From Squalus acanthias (taxonomy: Eukaryota), in assembly GCA_030390025.1 (NCBI GenBank), contig CM059431.1:132310001-132374000 (forward strand): a DNA stretch of 64,000 nucleotides, read 5' to 3'. Under the pieces are notes generated by a model. It saw only the letters and a program-made list of their open reading frames with translations, was not told the DNA's origin and did no database searches. Both the position numbers and the translations under genes were made by a program. This document shows positions 40,364 through 52,426 of the stretch, piece by piece (position 1 is the stretch's first letter; the number at the start of each line of letters is the position of its first letter).

Positions 40364-41765
40364 GGGCAGAATTTTCATTGACCCGTGGAGGCGGGTTTGG
40401 AGGCGTGTGGGGTGGGAAAATAGCAGATTCGGGGGTCCCGAACCCATCCCGCCCCCAACCCGCCTCCATGCCAGTTTCACTGGAGGCGGGTACCCGACCT
40501 GTGCTGGGACCCGCCTCCCCGAGGCGGGAAGGGGATTAGTGCCAATAAACTGCCTGTTAACAGGTAGTTAACAGGCAGTTTTTTGCCTAATCCCTATTTT
40601 TGGCTCTGAAGTGTGGGCTTCCCGACAGGTCCGAACCAGGCCGAGTTAGCGAGGCGGACCGTCGGTCTGGAGGGCTTGGAGGGGTCGAGATGTCCGGTGT
40701 GTAGGTGAGTGATGGGTGCATGAGTGCAGAGGTAAGTGTGTTTGGTGTGTGTAAAGTGTTTTAAGAACTTGTACTTACCTTAACTTTGTCCTGCAGGCAA
40801 AGGTGTCGGGAGTCCCTCACATCCACGGCACAGAAAGCAGAATGGCCACGGAGCTGTCAAAAGCTGCAGTCTCTGCTTTCTGTGCTGGATTGATTTCTAA
40901 CTGAGTCTAAGTACAGGGACTCACGTTAGAAATCATATTGAGAAGTCGCACAACACCAGGTTATAGTCCAACAGTTTTATTTGAAATCACAAGCTTTCGG
41001 AGTTACTGCTCCTTCGTCGGGTGAAGTAAAGAGATACAGAATCGCCAAAGCATATATAGATAGAGAACAATGCATGTCTACCTTACAATGGCAGACAACT
41101 AAATTTAATCATCCTGACTGTTTATCTGCCGAGGTGTGACAAAAGGCAATCAGGTCAGCCAGGAACTTACCACATCAAAGACATAGCAAGATACAACTGA
41201 GACTATGTTGCTATGTCTTTGATGTGGTAAGTTCCTGGCTGACCTGATTGTCTTTTGTCACACCTCGGCAGATAAACAGTCAGGATGATTAAATTTAGTT
41301 GTCTGCCATTGTAAGGTACACATGCATTGTTCTCTATCTATATATGCTTTGGCGATTCTGTATCTCTTTACTTCACCCAATGAAGGAGCAGTAACTCCGA
41401 AAGCTTGTGATTTCAAATAAAACTGTTGGACTATAACCTGGTGTTGTGCGACTTCTCAATTTTGTTCACCCCAGTCCAACACCGGCATCTCCGCAGAAAT
41501 CATATTGTCAGTGTTTGACAGCTTCACAGAGCTATCAAACGCTGAAATTTCATCTGTCAAAAGCTCTTGACAGATGAAATTTCAATGGCTGACTTCACCC
41601 GTATCCAAGGGACCCTTGATTGGCCTGCTAAGCCCGTTGGGCGGGCTTAACAAGGTCAATCAAGGGAAAATACAGTGGGTTGGCCACAAGTCAATGGAGG
41701 CGGGACTACAACCCAAAAAGTGGGAGTCCCGCCTCCATCATGTCCCCATTGACAAAATCCAGCCC
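40364..41765. mobile_element. Harbinger MITE (relative of 34061-34907) carrying a Penelope insertion
   Basis: gggcagaattttcattg ... caaaatccagccc termini. Colinear with the 34061 copy apart from 40941-41494. Confidence 0.9.
40941..41494. mobile_element. Penelope-like element insertion: inverted pLTR hairpin plus 34-nt tail
   Basis: 13-bp TSD agaaatcatattg (40928-40940 and 41495-41507). Arms 40937-41189 and 41208-41460. Hammerhead-like motif in each arm. Confidence 0.85.
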
Positions 41766-41768
41766 TAT

Positions 41769-44700
41769 GGGCTCGATTTTGCCAGGCCCGAGGAGGTGGG
41801 ATTGGAGGCGTGTGAGGTGGTAAAATCGCAAAAAATGGCGGGCAGGCCTGATCCCGCCTCCATCCCGCCTTCAAGCAATTTTCCCAAATGCGTGTTTTCT
41901 GACCCCGTTTCCATCCCGCCTCCAAGAGGCGGGATAGGCCCTTAAGGCCCTTAACAACCAGTTATAATCCCATTTTGAGAGGCCTTTCTGACTTTACCAC
42001 TTTTCCCACATACTGCACGTCTCCTCTGGAACATGCCAGTGAATCCTGGCGGCCTCACAAGTGGACTGCTTACTACCAGCTGCAGCGCCACCATTAAAAA
42101 GGAATTTTCAGCAATCATCATTTGCAGGTGGCAGAACTTTGTTGTCTCAGGTCTGGGGGAACTTTTAGCAGGCATACCCATTGTTGTGGAAGTTTGGAGC
42201 CTGACACCCATCTCCAGTGTGACCTCCTGGGAAACCCCTCTCGCCAATTGACTGAGCGCTTCCTCAACTGAGGCATATACCAGAAGCATGGGAACCATTT
42301 ATTTCCTTTCCTCCTGGACATCAGATTCGGACGAAGACCAGCCGTGGCAGCAGCAGAACCATGAGCAACAGCAGCACCAACAGCAGGAGCATCAACAGGA
42401 GCGCCAAGCTGCTGCTCACCCACCTGAAGCTGCACAGGCCAGAAGGCGCCAGTGCGCGACCACATTGCTGCCCGGGATTCCTATCACTCTGACCACCATA
42501 CTAACAATTGCAAGTTGCCCTAAGCCCTCAATGTGGAAGTCCCATTAGCGAAATGACACACGCCACAACTGCAACAGTTTGCCATCAGAATTTTTTATGA
42601 CAATAAGCAACTGATGGCTTTTCAAAATTAAACACAACATTACACCCAAGTGACTACCCTTGTGACTACTTGTGCATTATCTTCCTCTTACACGTGCTCC
42701 TACATGGTGCTTCCCCTGTGGCTTCAGCAGATGTGGAGGCCCCTTGCTCACTTTCTTGCTGCTCCTGTCTCGACACCTTTGGCGGGCGTCCTCTGAGGTT
42801 GCGAACCTGTGAGGGCTCGGCAACAGTCTGCTGCTCTTACGGCTGTGCAGGGGTTGAGACGTCGATCTCAGTTGGGTGGGGACTCTGGTGGGGCTCTGAC
42901 CGAGGGCTCTGCAGTGGCATGGTCATGTGAGCGCTTGGAGAGGAGCCCCCACTTCCTTGTTGTATGCCACCAACATCCCTCTCATGGGTCAGCCCCACTT
43001 CAGAGCTAGCAAGTGGCTGGACAGCACCTTGCTGCACTGCAGGGGGGCCATGAGGACCCGTTTCTGCACTGGAAGTCCTACTCCAGAGGACTTGCATAAA
43101 GGTCTGGTTTGTTTGCTCAATAGCTGATCATCGCTCCTCAAGAGATGTCAGTCTATTCTGAACAATTACCATGTTTTCCATACCCTGGCAAATAAGCTCC
43201 TCCATGGACGTAGCCACCCTCTCCTCTACCGTAGCCAACCTCTCCTCTACCGTAGCCATCCTCTCCTCCTCGGTAGCCAGCCTTACCATGGAGGTAGCCA
43301 TCCTTTCCAAGGAGGTTGCCATCCTTTCCGTGGTGATGCGTTCATGCGCCAACGCCTCCACAAAGGCTCTGCTCATGTTAGCGATGGACTCCTCCATTCG
43401 TTCCACACTCGCAGCGACCCTGGAGACAAAACCTGCCAAAGACTCCTGCACCTGTTCCTGGAGTTCCAGCACCGCTCTCCTTATGGATGGACCCGGAGGC
43501 ACAGGGTCGACATGCAGCGGAGCCGAGCTGGGAGCGTCATCTCCACTGCGACGAGGACTCTCCACTGCTGTCCCTGTCTCCACCATCTGCTGATGCTCAC
43601 TTGTGAGCTGTGATACACCAGGTGACAACTTTACTCTATGTCCCGAAGGTCCCACCGAGGTGTGTGTGTCTGCGCTGGTGCAGGGTGCACTTAATTCTGC
43701 TGACAGAGCGCCCTCAGAGGTTGCAGCTTCCTCGAGGGGTCTGGAAGCTCAGGCTCTTCCTCCTGGACAGTGGGAACGGGGGCTTTCGATGGTCCTGTGG
43801 GGGAGTAAAGGAAAGAGTTAGAGATGTGAGGTAAAGGTTGCATGCACATTGAATTGTGCAGATGATCATATGTCAATCTGTTAGAGCATCAGAATCATTA
43901 TCAGTCACTCATGTAATGTCAATGAGAGAGATGAAAAACTATTCTGTCACCAGCTTGCTGTGATGCGCCCGCCTGTTCGTCCCCCACTTGGGAATCCTCC
44001 TCGATCCCGGCAATTTCCAGGCCGCCTCCTCCGAGGTGGTGAGCTGGGCTACTGAGGGTGGCCCTCCTCCTGTCCTCGCTCTTTCCCTCTTATTGTGGGC
44101 TCTCTTTTCCTGCAATGAGGGACACAAGTGGAGTTTGAGTGAGAATGAAGGAGTCAGTGTAGAAAATCCATAGCATAGATGCTTAGAAGGAGACAAAGGG
44201 CCCTCCCTGTGTGTTGTAAGTTGTTGTCATTGCGTCACAGTGATAGGGAGTGTGAGGGCTGCATGGTCGAATAGTTAAGTGAATGTGACCATAGAGAGAG
44301 AGGGAATGGGTAAGGGTGCAGGGATGTCAGTGTCAAGTGGGATGTGGAGGAAGAGGTTGGCAAAGCTGAGTGCTGGTGAGGAGAGGCAATGGGGATCAGA
44401 TTGAGGGTGATGGGAAATTCATACTCACTTTTCCTGTGCGGAGAAGGTCATGAAACCTCTTCCTGCACTGCAGCCAGGTTCTGTGGCACATAGAGATGGC
44501 ATTGACCTCCTGGGCCACTTGCAGCCACACAGCTTTAGTTTGTTGTGGTGGCTTTTTTCTCCCTGAGGAAGGGAAGAGCACCTCCTTATTAGATCTTGCT
44601 CCCTGCACCAGAGCTTGGAGGGAGGGCTCATCAAAGCGAGGTGCACACTTATGCTTGCTGGTGGACATGGTCGGTAAATGAAGTCCTTCATACAATGTCC

Positions 44701-44930
44701 AAAGCGTTTCCAGTCTCCAGAAGAATCAAGGCTGCTTGCAGGCCTTAAATCCAAAAGCATTGATGACGTCATCGGAGGCGACTTTCTGTATGAAAAGACT
44801 CATTGGGCCAGTGGTTCCCACATGCAGGAAATCAATTGCCCAATTAGGGGAAAATCCCACTTTTTCAACACATCACTTAGGAGTCGGGGTCCTGACACGA
44901 TTTCCACCTGACACGCCCCAGCCCACCCAC
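41769..44930 (-). mobile_element. Harbinger element with Myb gene and internally deleted transposase
   Basis: gggctcgatttt terminus. Inverted homolog of 52427-55676. The right TIR is not evident. Confidence 0.88.
42666..44668 (-). pseudogene. Harbinger Myb/SANT gene; exons 44429-44668, 43951-44109, 42666-43794
   Basis: MSTSKHKCAPRFDEPSLQALVQG...TWLQCRKRFHDLLRTGK with GT-AG sites intact. 1-bp deletion in exon 2 (159 vs 160 nt) and TGA at 43128-43130. Confidence 0.88.
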
Positions 44931-44994
44931 ACTGAGATGTTAGTCACAATGGCATTAATATACTTGTATGATATGTTTCTATGTTTCTAATCTG

Positions 44995-47840
44995 TTTGTC
45001 CCTATGCCAATTTGCCAGAAATTATTACCTGTGAGGCTCTGCATTTTAATTTCGACCTTAGCTCCTCAAACTCTCTCAGCAAAACCTCATTCCTAGTTCT
45101 ACCTATGTCGTTGGTTCCTACATGGACCACGACAACTGGATCCTCCCCATCCCACTCCAAGATCTTCTCCAGCCGTGAGGAGACATCCTTTACCCTGCCA
45201 CCAGGCAGGCTACACAGCCTTCGATATTCCCGGTCATGGCTGCAGAGAACAGTATCTATCCCTCTGACTATACTATCCCCTACTACAACTACATTCCTTT
45301 TCACCCCCCCCCCCCCCCCCCCACTTGAATGGCCTCCTGCACCATGCTGCCATGGTCAGTTTGATCATCTCCCCTGCAGTCCTTGTTCTCATCCCCACAG
45401 GTAGCAAGTATCTCATACCTGTTGGTCAAAGTCAAGGGCTGAGGCTCCTCCATAACTATATCCTGGATCCCCATACCTTCCTGACACGCAGCCACGGTGG
45501 GCCTGTTGGAGGATGCCAGGAGAGGCACAGAGAGAAGCTGTAGGCTTATCTAAGAGGGAATTAAGCCTGGGACGGTGGCAGGAGAGTCAAAAGGTCGAAG
45601 AGTAATAAAGGATTGGGGTAAGGATTTGGGAGGGCAGAGTATCCGAGAGAGGAGAGATGAAAGGAGGAATGATGACAGGAGAGAGCAGTCAGGGAGGGAT
45701 AGAGAGAAAAGGAAAAGGGGGCAGAAAAAAGTGGAAATAGAAGTGAATGGCTCGGCTCCGGAGCAGCAGCAGCCAAAGGGAGCAGTTTATCCCTACTCTC
45801 TGTTTTCTGTCCGTTAACCAATCCATGCTAATATATTAACCCAACCCCATGAGCCCTTATTTTGTGTAGCAACTTTTTATGTGGCACCTTATCGAATGCC
45901 TTTTGGAAATCCATATATACTACATCCACTGGTTCCCCTTTATCTACCCTGCTAGTTACGTCCTCAAAAAACTCTAATAAATTTGTTAAACATGATTTCC
46001 CTTTCATAAAACCATGTTGACTCTGCCTAATCATAATACGATTTTCTAAGTGCCCTGTTACCGCTTTCTTAATAATGGATTCCAGAAATTTCCCAACGAC
46101 TGATGTCAGGCTAACTGGCCTGTAGTTCCGTTTTCTCTCTCCCTCCTTTCTTGAATAGCGGGGTTATATTTGCTACCTTCCAATCCACTGGGACTGCTCT
46201 AGAATCTAGGGAATTTGGGAAGATCACAACCAATGCATCCACTATCTCTGCAGCCACCTCTTTTAGAACCGTAGGATGTAGGCCATCAGGTCCTGGGGAT
46301 TTGTCGGCTTTTAGTCCCGCTAGTTTCTCAAGTACTTTTTCTCTACTGATAGTAATTTCTGTAAGGGGGTTCGCATGGCACTGTGCTTAGCCTGGGTGCT
46401 AGTGCGGGGTTAGGCCTTGTTGCCTGTTCTGGTCTCCAGCCAGCCTGGTAACACTAGACACCTGTGAGTGGTTCGACCCACTCACCCTTACGGTTCTGAC
46501 ACTGGACTTAGGTGCGAGAGCAATAATGCAGAGAAAACTCAGGTAGACCCGGTTGAATAGTGCGAAATGGAAAATCTTTATTGCATATTATTCAAGATTA
46601 CGAAATACATGTCATAGGCACAAATTAATGACAGTACAAGTATACATACATTCATAAAACTTGGTCTAGGGTAATGAGGATCTCACGGCACATTGTAAAA
46701 AGGGGAACACATTATATTTATCCTTAATAAAACCACCCTCCCCTATTAATACCTACATTAATCTAGATTTGTAGGATCGAGGAAACATGCTCACCACTCG
46801 TGATACTTCGGAGAATTTTAAACGAGGCACTCGGCTTGTTTCGCTGCAACACCTGACTGTCACGTGTTGGAAGGGGTCTCTGTACCCCACTTGTTTATTT
46901 TCGCTGCTCCGGCAAGCAGGCTGGGCTCCCCGTTGTCATGAAGAACTCGACAGTGCTCGGACACGGTTGTAGAAGTCCAGAGAGACAATCAAAAGCTCAC
47001 CAGTCAAGCGAGTCCATGAAGCGGCAAGCGAATAAGAGTTCAGCAGTCATCAGCCAGATAAGAGAATAATAAGCAAGAGTTCAGCCCGAGTCAAGAGTCG
47101 AATCAAGAGAATAAGCCCGAGTCAAGCGTCCACAGAGATAAGAGTCGAATCCAGAGAATAAGCCCTTGATGGACATTTGTTCACTATAGTTATAGTGCTG
47201 TGTTCTCTTATCTCCTGCTCAAATCTTAATGTTTGTCCTTTGTGAAATGCTGGTGCACAAAACTCCCAGTATGGGGTGATTCTTTCCTTTAATGGGTTTC
47301 GGTAGCACCTTAAACTGGCCAACTATCCGTTAATGTTTTCCCCATTGTCGAGCCGGCTAGGAGTCTCCCTGACTGGGTTTGGGGCCTTCTCGAATACTGA
47401 TATGTGTATTGCTGTGTCTGGATGGGCCTTCGATTGCCCATTACAATGGTCCTTACTTGTGCATGGAAAATGATTCCAGCACTTATATCTTTGCTATTGT
47501 GTCGAATGCAGACAGGTTGCATCCTGTCTTTATCAGTGTTTGCTGCGTATTAACCAATCTTATACTGAAATGTTTATTCGAACGCCATCTTGTCTGCCCA
47601 CTGTATTCTGGAAGCTTCTGCCACGATGCTCGGCGGCCATTTTACAGGCTTCTGTGTCCTGTTTAATCATGACAGCATTTCGTTGAAATAAAACTGATGA
47701 AACGAATCTGCTTTATCTCATTATTTCGAATCGCGATAATTGCAAATTTTACATTACTTTAAGTTCCTCCCTTGGTTCTTCGCTATTTTTGGTATGCTTT
47801 TAGTGTCTTCTACTGTGAAGACAGTTACAAAATATTTGTA
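44995..47840 (-). mobile_element. Fragmented CR1 LINE (ORF1 SGNH esterase piece and RT pieces), interrupted by a solo LTR
   Basis: VVVVGDSIVRG...VVVHVGTND (45002-45304) and QHGFMKGKSCLTNLLEFFE...YMDFQKAFDKV (45828-46034). Confidence 0.85.
46360..47753 (-). mobile_element. Solo LTR (1394 bp)
   Basis: TGTAA...TTACA termini, imperfect 4-bp TSD (tttc/ttac) inside CR1, minus-strand AATAAA near 46577, and internal tandem repeats at about 47020-47165. Confidence 0.78.
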
Positions 47841-48517
47841 TAATCTCATCAGTGTACTTATGCATTGCTGAGGCCACTGATAAACCAGCTCATCAAGCAG
47901 TAAGTGCTTAATATATGGCTCAGCAAAGCCATGGGCCACACCTTCTGGACCAGGGCACCTCACGGCATATGACATTAGTTAGACTTTTTCCTGCGTCCTT
48001 CAGCTCGAAAAATTTTGCAGCGTAAGTTGCTGGAAGTGCGAGCTGATTATGACGTGACGAGGACAACGGTGCATCTTGGACCTCAGTTAATGGCGGCTGC
48101 CCATTATACAGCCCGCCTGATTTTACTTTTGAGTGAGTCAATGGATAAGAAAATCAGACGGAGTGTATAATGGGCGACTGATCCGCTAACGCCCATTTTG
48201 CGCTCCCGCCATAGCTACATTTCATCCCAATGTATAGAAATGCAATCAGTAACAGTTTAGTGTCCTTGGAGTGGTTTATGTGAACCTAAATATAGGTGAA
48301 GAAGTTAATTTACCTTGTAATACACCTATAGCTTCTTCTAATTAATCTTTGTGTTCCTTTCATGTAATAAGTACACTGAGGGAGCTTTGAGAAAATAACT
48401 GTTGAGTGAAAATGACAAGATTGCAACAGTAAGTGGTGTTAGTATTATGTTGATGGCTTCACAGACCTGCCTTTGTGATGCAGGTTCCGTAATACTTACA
48501 AATTGTTTAAAGATAAA

Positions 48518-49150
48518 GGGGTAGAAGTCCTCGTTGCACCTGTTTTCCGGGCAGAAAATGAGGGCAAAATGTACAAATTTCTCGGGTCCATAACCCAAGG
48601 ATGTCTGAAATATGTCCAACCCCATGTTGGGTCAGGTGATTTTTCAGGCATCTCTGGCAGCTACCTAAAACAGGCATTAGGCCTCTTGCATATGAAAATA
48701 AGGAACCTAACACCTGTTTTAGGACCCCTCTGCCAAACTGGGCCACTCTAAGTGGAGCAGGCGCAGGGCCTGGTCCATTCAAGGCTTTCTGTCATAGATG
48801 TGGCCTAGCAAGCTGTCGCCAGCAAAATGGTAAAAAAAAATGTTTCCTGCTAGTTCTGGAGCCAGTAGGAGCAGGAGTACTTCCCAGTTACACAGCACTC
48901 CTGAGGGCCGGTGTCCCTTGTGTTGTCCTTGACGCCCATCCTTAGGGCAGTGCCGGTGAGGCAGGCAACCCGAAATTGATCCCTCAGAAATGGGTGATCT
49001 GCTTCTGGAAGCACGACAGATTGCCCAAAGTATTGAAATAAGGCCCAAGACACAAATTAGCGCAAGACTTGGGCCTCTTGGTTTGGATGCGCGCTGTCTG
49101 CATGGTTTTGGTTATGCCCCCGAAAACAGGCCATAACCAATTTCTACACC
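48518..49150. mobile_element. Harbinger-type MITE (degenerate)
   Basis: ggggtagaagt ... aatttctacacc termini. Shares caggcattaggcctcttgcatatg with the elements at 30081 and 59670. Confidence 0.5.
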
Positions 49151-52022
49151 AAAGGCCGGAATTTTGCTGACCTTGGCAGGTCCGGTGCAGCCAGTGTCCG
49201 TGGTGGGTCACGACCCCGCTGCTGGCTTCATCCCACTGTAGAAAATGAACTTACCTTAATGGGGCCTATTAAGCCCACCCAGCGTGTTACCCAGCCCAAT
49301 GAGATGGAGCAGGTCTGGTGACTTCATTCATGACGTGTTTTAAGCCAGGATCTTTAAAGGGACCCTGGCCACATTAAATTTTAAGTTTAATCTAACATAG
49401 TGGGTGTTGAATCTTTACTGTACAATAATATAATAAAAATTATATGTGAGTGACAAAGAAATATTTAAATAATATTATCATTAAGTAATATGATGCCATC
49501 TACAAATACGATCAAGAACATAATTTAAAAAATACTTTAATTGGGAAGTTATTAGTGCTTTAGTCACAAATCTTTATACTTTTGTATCAGTAACTGGTAC
49601 AAATGAAAGATATGTGTGTATAGGTAATACATAAAATTAAAAAGATTTTAAATGTAATTGTAAAGGGGTGGATTTACAATCTTATGCCAGTTCAGCAGAA
49701 GAGCTGCAGAATCCCTGACAAACAGTGTAAGTGGTGCTTACAATGTGCTTCTGGGATTTCTGCAGCTCTTCCGTTGAAGTTAATAATGGACAAGTGAGAG
49801 AACCTTCGCAGAAATTCACCCTAAAGTCTCAGACTGAAAAATTAAATTAGACATATTCAGGGACTGAAAGCAAATTGAATGGAAGTGGAATGAGTGATGA
49901 GAGTAAAATTGTTACGGTTGATGACTTGATTTAATGTGTAACTGGACAATCACAGTATACTACGAGAAAAACCTGACCAGAAACAACACAAACAGTTATT
50001 TAAATGGTATATGTCATTTGTTATAGTGCAGATCAATTCACTGCAATTACTGTTCAGTTGGAAGGCAACAGTCGAGAATGGCCAATGAAAAATGTATTTC
50101 CCTCACATCCTGGGTAGCACTTTCATCCCTTCAGTTATTTCTGAATTAACATTTACCAGTAGCTTTTCAAGTAGAGCAGAATCTCCATCAATCTGTTAGC
50201 TGATGTAATCAACATGTTTTTATTTTGGTTTGCTTTTCATGCTGTCAAGTAATCAGCTGGAGCAATGGCCACTGAACTCCCGCCTCAGGTTGACAGACGT
50301 GGATCCCGTGGCCATGCAGGGAAATTTAAAAAGTAAGTGAAAAAAGGCTCTTAAGTGCCTGTAAAGTACCTCATAATGATTTCAATTGGGTCCCCCATCG
50401 CTGTACACGGTAACAGACGCGCCTGTGGGAAAGGTGCGTGGGAGCGAGATGACAGCGGGTTCCCGAGCCGCTGTCAAAAATAATAACTTTTCCACCTGAC
50501 CCGCCACTGATATTGGTTTATTTCTGAATAATTCACCATGATCCATTGCATTCACTGGCTTTTGTTAGTTCAACTACAATGTGAAATCTAAAATAGTTTT
50601 ATATCTTGTTTTTAATATATCTATAAAGTAGTTTTATAGTTTTACTGAGACATACCTATACCTTCATCACTCGGACTGCAGCGGTTCCAGAAGGCAGCTC
50701 ACCACCACCTTCTCAAGGGCAATTAGTGATGGGCAATAAATGCTGACCTTGCCAGCGACGCCTACATCCCATGAATGAAAAAAAAGTGTAAAGAACGAAA
50801 GACTTGCATTTATATAGCGCCTTTCACAACCCCAAAGCTCTTTATGGTCAATAAAGTACTATTGAAGTGTAGTCACTGTTGTAATGTAGGAAACACGGCA
50901 GCCAATTTGCGTACAGCAAGCTCCCATAAACAATAATGTGATAAGACCAGATAATCTGTTTTTTAGTGATACATAGAACAGTACAGCACAGTACAGGCCC
51001 TTCGGCCCTCGATGTTGTGCCGAGCATTGTCCGAGACCAAGATCAAGCTATCACACTCCCTATCACTCTGGTGTGCTCCATGTGCTTATCCAATAACCGC
51101 TTGAAAGTTCCTAAAGTGTCCGACTCCACTATCACAGCAGGCAGTCCATTCCACACCCCAACCACTCTCTGAGTAAAGAATCTACCTCGGACATCCCTTC
51201 TATATCTCCCCCCATGCACCTTATAGTTATGCCCCCTTGTAACAGCTGCCTCTACCCGAGGAAATAGTCTCTGAACATCCACTCTATCTATCCCCCTCAT
51301 CATCTTATAAACCTCTATTAAGTCGCCTCTCATCCTCCTCCGCTCGAAAGAGAAAAGCCCCAACTCCCTCAATCTTTCCTCATAAGACCTCCCCCCCAAA
51401 CCAGGCAGCATCCTGGTAAATCTCCTTTGCACTCTTTCCAATGCTTCCACGTCCTTCCTATAGTGAGGTGACCAGAACTGCACACAATATTCCAAATGTG
51501 GTCTCACCAAGGTCCTGTACAGTTGCAGCATAACCTCACGGTTCTTAAACTCAAACCCTCTGTTAATAAACGCCAACACACCATAGGCCTTCTTTACTGC
51601 TCTATCCACTTGAGTGGCAACCTTCAGAGATCTGTGGATATGAACCCCCAGATCCCTCTGCTCCTCCACGTTCCTCAGAACCCTGCCGTTGACCCTGTAA
51701 TCCTTATTCAAATTTGCCCTACCAAAATGAATCACCTCGCACTTATCAGGGTTAAATTCCATCTGCCATTTTTCGGCCCAGCTCTGCATCCTATCAATGT
51801 CTCTTTGCAGCCTACAACTGCCCTCCACCTCATCCACTACTCCACCAATCTTGGTGTCATCAGCAAATTTACTGATCCACCCTTCAGTCCCCTCCTCCAA
51901 GTCATTGATAAAAATCACAAACAGCAGAGGACCCAGCACCGACCCCTGTGGCACACCGCTGGTAACTGGTCTCCAGTCCGAAAATGTTCCATCCACCACC
52001 ACCCTCTGCCTTCTATGAGATA

Positions 52023-52120
52023 AAATTGAGAGGTCGCACAACACCAGGTTATAGTCCAACAGTTTTATTTGAAATCACAAGCTTTCGGAGCTATCGATTG
52101 CCCCTTCCTCAGGTGAAGTC
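52023..52120 (-). mobile_element. Short Penelope-like end inserted in CR1
   Basis: 10-bp TSD ctatgagata (52013-52022 and 52121-52130). Same family as the 40941 hairpin. Confidence 0.85.
52075..52116 (-). ncRNA. Minimal type I hammerhead ribozyme motif (Penelope-associated)
   Basis: tcac CTGAGGA a ggggc-aatcgata-gctcc GAAA gc tt gtga: core boxes, stem II, stem I (tcac/gtga) and a palindromic stem III. Confidence 0.65.
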
Positions 52121-52426
52121 CTATGAGATAGCCAGTTACTTATCCAATCGGCCAAATTTCCCTCTGATTGAGGGATGAATATTGGCCAGGACACCAGGGA
52201 TAACTCCCCTGCTATTCTTTGAAATAATGCCTTTTACGTCCACCTGAGAGAGCAGACGGGGCATAGGTTTAACGGCCCATCTGAAAGACGGCACCTCCGA
52301 CAGTGCAGCACTCCCTCAGAACTGCACTGGAGTGTTAGCCTAGATTTTTGTGCTCAAGCCTCTGGAATGGAAATTGAACCCACAACCTTCTGATAGAAGA
52401 TAATTGTACCATGATGTGGACACAAG

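Larger units (their letters stand above)
50971..52164 (-). mobile_element. Young 5'-truncated CR1 LINE (open ORF 51043-52059)
   Basis: [35 protein letters not shown] and the CR1 tail. Confidence 0.94.
50790..52395 (-). mobile_element. SacSINE1-like SINE split by a CR1 insertion (50971-52164)
   Basis: The two halves align contiguously to the 31620-32080 copy. Confidence 0.82.

Noticed and set aside
45002..45304. Host SGNH esterase gene
   Set aside because: This is the typical CR1 ORF1 esterase domain, next to CR1 RT fragments.
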